64,000 nucleotides of DNA from positions 5,011,200 through 5,075,199 of the forward strand of contig OZ199840.1 of assembly GCA_964304625.1 (NCBI GenBank), in the 5' to 3' direction. Shown here one piece after another: positions 57,111 to 64,000 of the stretch. Within the stretch, counting starts at the first letter, position 1. Each line of letters opens with the position of its first letter. The notes under the pieces were generated by a model. The model was not told the DNA's origin. It did not search any database and was given only the letters and a program-made list of their open reading frames with translations. Made by a program: the position numbers and the translations under genes. The DNA comes from Kudoa neothunni. Its lineage: Eukaryota > Animalia > Cnidaria.

Positions 57111-57902
57111 TTAGATAATATATGTTTTAAAACAATTAATATACGCTGAGAAGAGTTGACTTTTGGTTGTACTTGTTCTGCTGTGCACATGCTCACCTGG
57201 AAACACTGATCTTGTGCTTGATGATAGCACATTAAGAGACCAATCTACATTTGAGCATAATAGAATGAAATCATTTGTTTCAAATAATAACTTAATATTA
57301 TTAATGAATATATTTTTAATATATAGGATCTGGAAATTTATTAAAAACTAATATACTTTTTCCTTATTGTCCATACAGTCCAAATAAAAGACTAACTAAT
57401 TGATCATAAGTATTGATAAAATGTGTGATAAATTTACTATGCAGGGTACACAGGTTTCCATGTGATGAAAGCTTTCAACTATAAATAGATTAAAGGTAAT
57501 TCTGAACTATTTAAAATATGTATATATATATATATATGATACCTCTTTTGACGTTGCATTCTGTGTAGCGATTGCAAAGAATATTTTTAAATGGAAATTT
57601 ATTGATAAATGCGGGTAGGTTTTTCCACGCTTCTTCGGCATATTTTTTCTGAGAAAATTCTTAATTGATACAAATTTCTAATTACTTTGTTGACATGTTC
57701 AAATTCCTCCAAATTGACAACATCAAAAAGTGAACTTCCTAATGTGAGTATAGCTTCAGGCGATAAAGTGAACTATATAAATTTTACAAAAAGTCATATG
57801 TAAAAAATAACTTCTGTTGTTGTTATAACATTAAGAAGAATATATATAAGTAATCCTAAAACAATTTGACAATAATTACAACTAACTTTACATACCAATC
57901 AT
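57111..57902 (-). CDS. Secreted Cys-rich family, copy D
   Basis: MIGLLIYILLNVITTTE / FTLSPEAILTLGSSLFDVVNLEEFEHVNK / KKYAEEAWKNLPAFINKFPFKNILCNRYTECNVKR / ESFHHMETCVPCI / LVFYLDCMDNKEK / IGLLMCYHQAQDQCFQVSMC; 3' end uncertain. Confidence 0.8.
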
Positions 57903-58881
57903 TTCGACAGAACGAAAGTAATATACACTCATTATATATAATTATATTTTTCATCTATTGTCGCATATATTCGATAATTTATAATGCGAATATATATTAT
58001 CGTTTTTAATTGATAAGATAAAAATATTTTTTAACCCGACTAATTTCATTCTTTAATAGAACATCAGATATTTAATCAATATATTTTATTTAGTAAAGTT
58101 TTAAAAATTAATTTGTTTAATAATTTTTGTATTTATAAAAATAATACGTTAATAATATTTATAAAGCATAGAAATAACTATAGAAAAGATAACAAATGTC
58201 AACAAATGCATAGAACGATAACTATATTCACTATCAAATTATCAAAATAGAGTGGCGCGAAATACCGGCAATTCTCGGGATTACCATTATAATTAAATAT
58301 CTATGAAATATTGTTTTCATAATTTTATTTATATCTTCATGTTTAATCATTTATAAATAGTTAATGTTGAATATTTTTGGAAAATGAGTTTATATGATAA
58401 AAAATTTGTTTGGTTCAAAATAAAATAAATAGAAATATTAATAGCGGTTATCTTGTTTGTGGAGTAAAAAAAAGAATTTTCTAATTTTTCACATTTATAT
58501 TGAAATATAATAGTATATTTCAGTTAATTTCGAATATTATACCTTTAAATAAATAATATATTTAAGGGTGAAATTTTCGACTGGATGACGAGGAATAGCT
58601 ATTACTTGCCATTCCTTACACATGCTTACATACATACATTGGTTTTCAGCTTGATAAAGGCAGGCAGAAGTTGTCTAATAAATAATGTATTATTGCAAAT
58701 GTTTTCAAGTAAATATATATTAAATACCTTCCTTTCGTTGTCTAAACAATACAAGTAGAAAACTATCTATTAGAAAAACATATGGTAGAATTGTATAATT
58801 ATCTTACTGTACAAGGTATACAACCAGAATTGATGTAAAATATTAATACTAAACAAATATTAATATTCGAAAATAATTTAA

Positions 58882-60035
58882 CCCTCTAATGGCATATCTT
58901 TTTATACAATAAACTGGTGCGTAATATATTCCAGTTATTATTCTAATATAATTTTTCCTTTGTATTGATGATAAACCGTTTTGCGAGAAGTTAGTGTATA
59001 AGTTTTAATTTTTATTTTATCTTGTAATGGTCTTTGGGTAAAATTTAACCCTTGTATTTTTGTAATTAAAAATATTTAAAAAAATGTGAAAAATTTAAAA
59101 TTTAAATAAAATGAAACTCCTATGAGTAGATTTTGTAGAAATTAAGGAAAGGTTAGATAATTTAATTAAATCGCATGCGCGAATTGTACAGCGCCGTGTA
59201 ATTCTAGCGATTCTAGCGATTTTATTGCTGAATTTTGTTAATCAGTGAACAAATTTCATGTTATTGATCAAAATGTCTTCTCTTAGATGTTTTTTGTTGA
59301 AAAATTGTTCGAAAAAAATTGGTCTTAGAGACATTAGGGGAAAAACTAAAGATATACCACCATGCCTCCAATCATCACGAATTAGAACCCGTTGTGGCAG
59401 CAATTTTGTTTTCCATGAAAAGTATATGTTGGTATCTTATGTTCCCGAAAAATCATAATTTGTGATTTTCTTAAATAAATCGTTGAACAATTATACAAAA
59501 CATTGTTGACAACAAATTCTACGAATAAAACAACAAAATAGGTTTCAGAATTGTTTATGCTTTCCAACAGAAACCTGTTCTTAATGTGAATCAACCAACA
59601 TGTGGATACAGTGAGATAAAAGTGCCAAAAAAACCTCCCAAGTGACGCGAATATTGTTATTTATTTTATTGTTCATTTCATGCATTTAAAAATTATTTTA
59701 ACTTCACATAACATTAAAGAATTCATCCTATGTTTTTTTTAATATTTCAACTGGCCCAACACGTTTAATTTCTCCGCATTAACGCAATTACATTTTTGAT
59801 GAAACATGGATGTGTACCGACATAAGTGGTATCTTTAAGAAGCTGATTACGGTGTGCATTTACGTTAAAATTTAATATGCATTTGCCGGTATTTCATCCA
59901 TAGGAATTAAGAATTATTCTACAATATTGATTAATAGGTTTTTGAAAGTGTTATAATTAAAAAAATGTGGGGTAAAATTGACCCTAAAATTCATTACACA
60001 TTAAACGTTCATCGTTTTTTGGGATCATTAGAGGG
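58882..60035. mobile_element. Non-autonomous piggyBac (MITE)
   Basis: TTAA|CCCTCTAATG ... CATTAGAGGG|TTAA, perfect 10-bp TIR identical to the left end of element A. Confidence 0.85.
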
Positions 60036-62869
60036 TTAATAAATGGTAAGAATGCAGGAGATACTTCTATTAAAGTAACATTTTGCGTATTTCACACAAA
60101 TAATATTTACATATGGATATTTGTTGATGAACTCTGCCATATTGAAACGAGCCCATTTTATAATTTCTTCCTATAACGAATATTTATTTAGTTTATCTAG
60201 TAGAATACCTTGTTGTCATCACTAAAGGGTTTCAGATTTTCAATATATTGAAGGGAGTCTCTTATTGAAAATACTACTGGCGTCGAAAGAAGTACCTACC
60301 ACTATTTGTCATTGTAACCATAGGAAATATATACCTCATAAGGGGATGTAAGTTTTAACGGAATATTTAAAATACCTAAATGTAATGTGGACAACATAAC
60401 ACTCGTAAATAGAGAATAATATTGATTACTAATTATTGTCAAATAGTAATCAATAAAAACACGCATTGATTGCTCACTAAAAATTTATCAAATTTTTAGG
60501 GGTTGAAAATATTCTATTAATACCACCATTAATAATCTTTAATTGTAAGATAACTTTTATTGCATTTATTAAATCAATATTGATTTAAAATATAAAAGGA
60601 TTTTTATTTAATTTAAGAATAATATTTTTTTAATAATACTCATAATTATGTCAAAAGTAACTTTACTAGTTTAATATTTTGTAGTCAACTGTAGAATAGA
60701 AATATAATTTATAAAATAATCTTATATTATTTAATTTTATACATTTACGTATAAATTGCATCAAATATATAAGTTTTTTTTAATTCAATGATAACTATCA
60801 ACCGCTCGATATCACTTACAATATTTCTATATGTATATTATAATCGATATTGTTTTAATATTTTTAATTTGATAAATAATGAATTGATGTTTATCTTCAA
60901 ACCAGTCAACAATTACAACAAATAAGTAATTCCAATAAGGTATCTATTTTATCGTAGTGTTATTAAACACCAAAATAAACAAAATTGAGTTTTATTGATA
61001 ATAAAATATGTTTGTTATTGCGTTATCACGTAAAATGCAAAAAATATAATTTTCAAAGTTAAATATTATATTTAAAAAAAAACAAGTAGTTCTTTATGGA
61101 ACAATTATAAAATTACATTATTTATTAAAAATAAAGTGTCTTATATACATATTTTTATGTTAAATTAATAAACGTTACTAAAATGGAATTTAACACTATT
61201 GCATCTAATGCATTTATTATATTATTTAAATCTCGGAATATTATGTAATGAAAATTTTTTATTGTATTGACTTACGGAATTATTTTATAAGAGAAATAAT
61301 CTATATTTAATATTCCTTTTGATTATATACACATTTTATTTTTTTAAAATAATAAATTTATTTAATATAAACTACGTAATATATATAATTAACAAAAATT
61401 TAATTAATTAAATGCACCATCAGAAACTTTAATTTTCATATTGACTATCCAGCGTAAATACATTTATATTCTCTAGTTATTTTTAATACATTTAAATGGG
61501 AATTAATAAAATAAATCACTCCGTTTTTAAGGCGCCACAATTATATTTATCAACAAAAGTTAATAGTGAATTAAAACGAAGATATCCAATAACAAATTTC
61601 CATAATAAATCAAAATTACTAAAAATTGTAAAAATAATCGTACAATTATATGTGGCCGCACACGCGTAAAATAAATAGATAGCATTATTAGCGAAAAATC
61701 CTTCTGCCTATTTACAAATAATATGGTTTGCTTTTTTTAATTTTCTCTGGTAGTATAGGAAAATTACATTAATCAATAGAAAATGTTACGCTTAAGAATA
61801 TTTGAAATATTGTTGATCAAATGATTTATATTTTGTATATTTTTATCTAATTTTAATTCTTATTACATTAAATTTAATAAACTTTTTTACGTTTAAAACA
61901 ATTTAACTCGATTTAATTAAATTATTATTGTTTTTTTTCCAATATATTGTTTATTGAAATGAGTGAAGGGACCAATTAAAAACAGTCTTCGAAATTTTAA
62001 ACTTATTAAGGGAAATTTTTTAACTTAATGGATTTGGCATATGTACGACTAAATTTTCAATTCTAATTTATTTTTATGATAATTGAATGATATTTAATAA
62101 TTTCATTTGGATCTGACTATTTAGATAAATACTGTTGTGAAGTATTATCATATTTTTTCATAGAAATAAATATATATTAATAAATTTAAAAGAGAAAATT
62201 TCAGTTTTTAAGTAAAAAATTAAAACTTTTATTAAAGTTTATTGATTTTGTTTGTGATGAGCTCAATTGAGAATTAGTAAATACTGATTTAAAAGATTTG
62301 ATATCAATATTTTTAGAATCCACAAAATATTTATATATACATATTGAAGGCGCATAATGAAAATAAATATAAATCACCCTTTTGGTATTTATACGCTATA
62401 TAAAAAAGAATGTATATTTAACTCCATTTATCCGTAACTGTGCATTAGTATTATAAAAAAGAAAAGTACGAGCATGATTAATGATTAATAGAAAATTAAT
62501 TATAATCGAAAAAAATAAGATACTGATTAAATATTCTAGACATTAAAATTTGCTATAATTTTATTATTTGTCGCAATATCAACAAAATACATTCAAATAT
62601 TAATTTTCTAAAACTAAATTATTATCATGTTATTCCGTTCAAATAAAGAAATTATCAGAATAAAATATTGAAACGCATTAGGATATAATAAAAAAAAGAA
62701 GTTGATTTGAACGAGATTATTTTGTAGATAACTATTGAAAAAACTAAAAATTATCATCTCTAACATTAAACCAGTTCACGATGTAAGTTATAAGGAGCCG
62801 TTCTTCAAACGACCTAAATTATTACTTCTACCCTCAATTCAATACCACCTTGATTCAACAATATATTGG

Positions 62870-63667
62870 TCATTTATAAAATATAATATTATCAGTTGTC
62901 TGATAATAATTTTTAAATATACGCTGTGGAAGATTGAAAGCCGCTTGAAATTGCTCCTCCGTACACATGCTTACAAAGTAGCACTGATTTTGTGCTTGGT
63001 CATAACACTTCGATACACCGTTCTAAATATGAATAATAGTAAGTGCATTAATATTGAATTTTTTACTAAATTTTCATTTAATGTAAATATTGTAGATATT
63101 TAATGAAAATTAATTATAAATTTATTGTACCTGCTCTTTTGTCTCCATGCAATGTGAATGAAATATTATCTATTTGATTACAACCATTTTTATTGGTGGA
63201 TAATATATTTACTAAGCACGGTACACATGTTTCTTTGAAATGAAAGCTTTCAACTATGAAATATTTAAAAATTCATTTTGGCAATATCGCTATATATATT
63301 TAAGATACTTCGGTAAATGTTACATTCAGTGTAGGTTTTGCAAAGTATATTTTTATATGGAAACTTATTGATAAAAAGGGGAAGATTTTCCCACGCTTCC
63401 TCAGCAGCTTTCTTCTGAAAGGAATTATAGCTAATATACTCAACCAATTACTTTGTTGACTTCATTAAATTCAGTCAAATTTTCAATATCGCATAATGAA
63501 CTTCCTAACGTAAATACAGCCCAAGAAGATAAAGTGAACTATATTTTTTAAAAAAAAACAATTATAAATTGAAAACTTCAATTTGTGCTTTGACAGTAAA
63601 CGATAAACCAATGATGATTACTAAAGCCAATACAGGAAAAATTTACAAACTATATACTACGAATCAT
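62870..63667 (-). CDS. Secreted Cys-rich family, copy E
   Basis: MILIIIGLSFTVKAQIE / FTLSSWAVFTLGSSLCDIENLTEFNEVNK / KKAAEEAWENLPLFINKFPYKNILCKTYTECNIYR / ESFHFKETCVPCL / IIFHSHCMETKEQ / NGVSKCYDQAQNQCYFVSMC; 3' end uncertain. Confidence 0.8.
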
Positions 63668-64000
63668 TTCTATGTTGTAATAATAAAACCGACTCATTAA
63701 TTCTTTCTTACAAATTTTAAGCGATTCCCGTAGCCACTCGCCAATTAATATAATCGTATATATTTTCCACTATTTTATGGTAAGATATACACATTTAAAT
63801 GCCGTCCGATTATAACATAAAGTGGCGCTTCATTTATTTAAATAATAGAGGAGATATTTATTTTAACATCTCGTTTAACAATTTTGATGAATTTATTACT
63901 TATTTTAATAACTGTAAAAGATTATCTTCCAATTTCCTTTTTTCAACTAATGATAAATATAAATCAAATTAAAAAGCTAAAGACAGATATGATGATAGAT

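Overview
AT-rich eukaryotic (most likely animal) genomic DNA with very short canonical GT-AG introns, mostly ~35-70 nt, so most real genes are fragmented in the ORF track. The organism cannot be identified from the sequence alone. Housekeeping genes: PSMD4/Rpn10 and PUF60 head-to-head (17.7-21.5 kb) and PGM3 (30.0-32.8 kb). Candidate lineage-specific surface or secreted genes, reconstructed by hand: (1) two tandem copies of an ~870-aa type I membrane protein with six Cys-bearing FN3-like modules, divergent in the membrane-distal half but apparently identical over ~1 kb of the proximal half; (2) five dispersed minus-strand copies of a micro-exon-encoded small secreted protein with a compressed saposin-like Cys pattern (37-64 kb), largely invisible in the ORF track; (3) a five-domain Kunitz protein in which four domains lack the Cys14-Cys38 pair. 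Intergenic space holds many decayed TEs: piggyBac elements (two nested, with the empty site preserved in the paralogue), piggyBac-type MITEs, Helitron ends, LINE 3' fragments, Tc1 and hAT relics, plus a ~270-bp perfect inverted repeat. Clustered homopolymer indels suggest some frameshifts are assembly errors. All gene models and identity estimates were made by eye.
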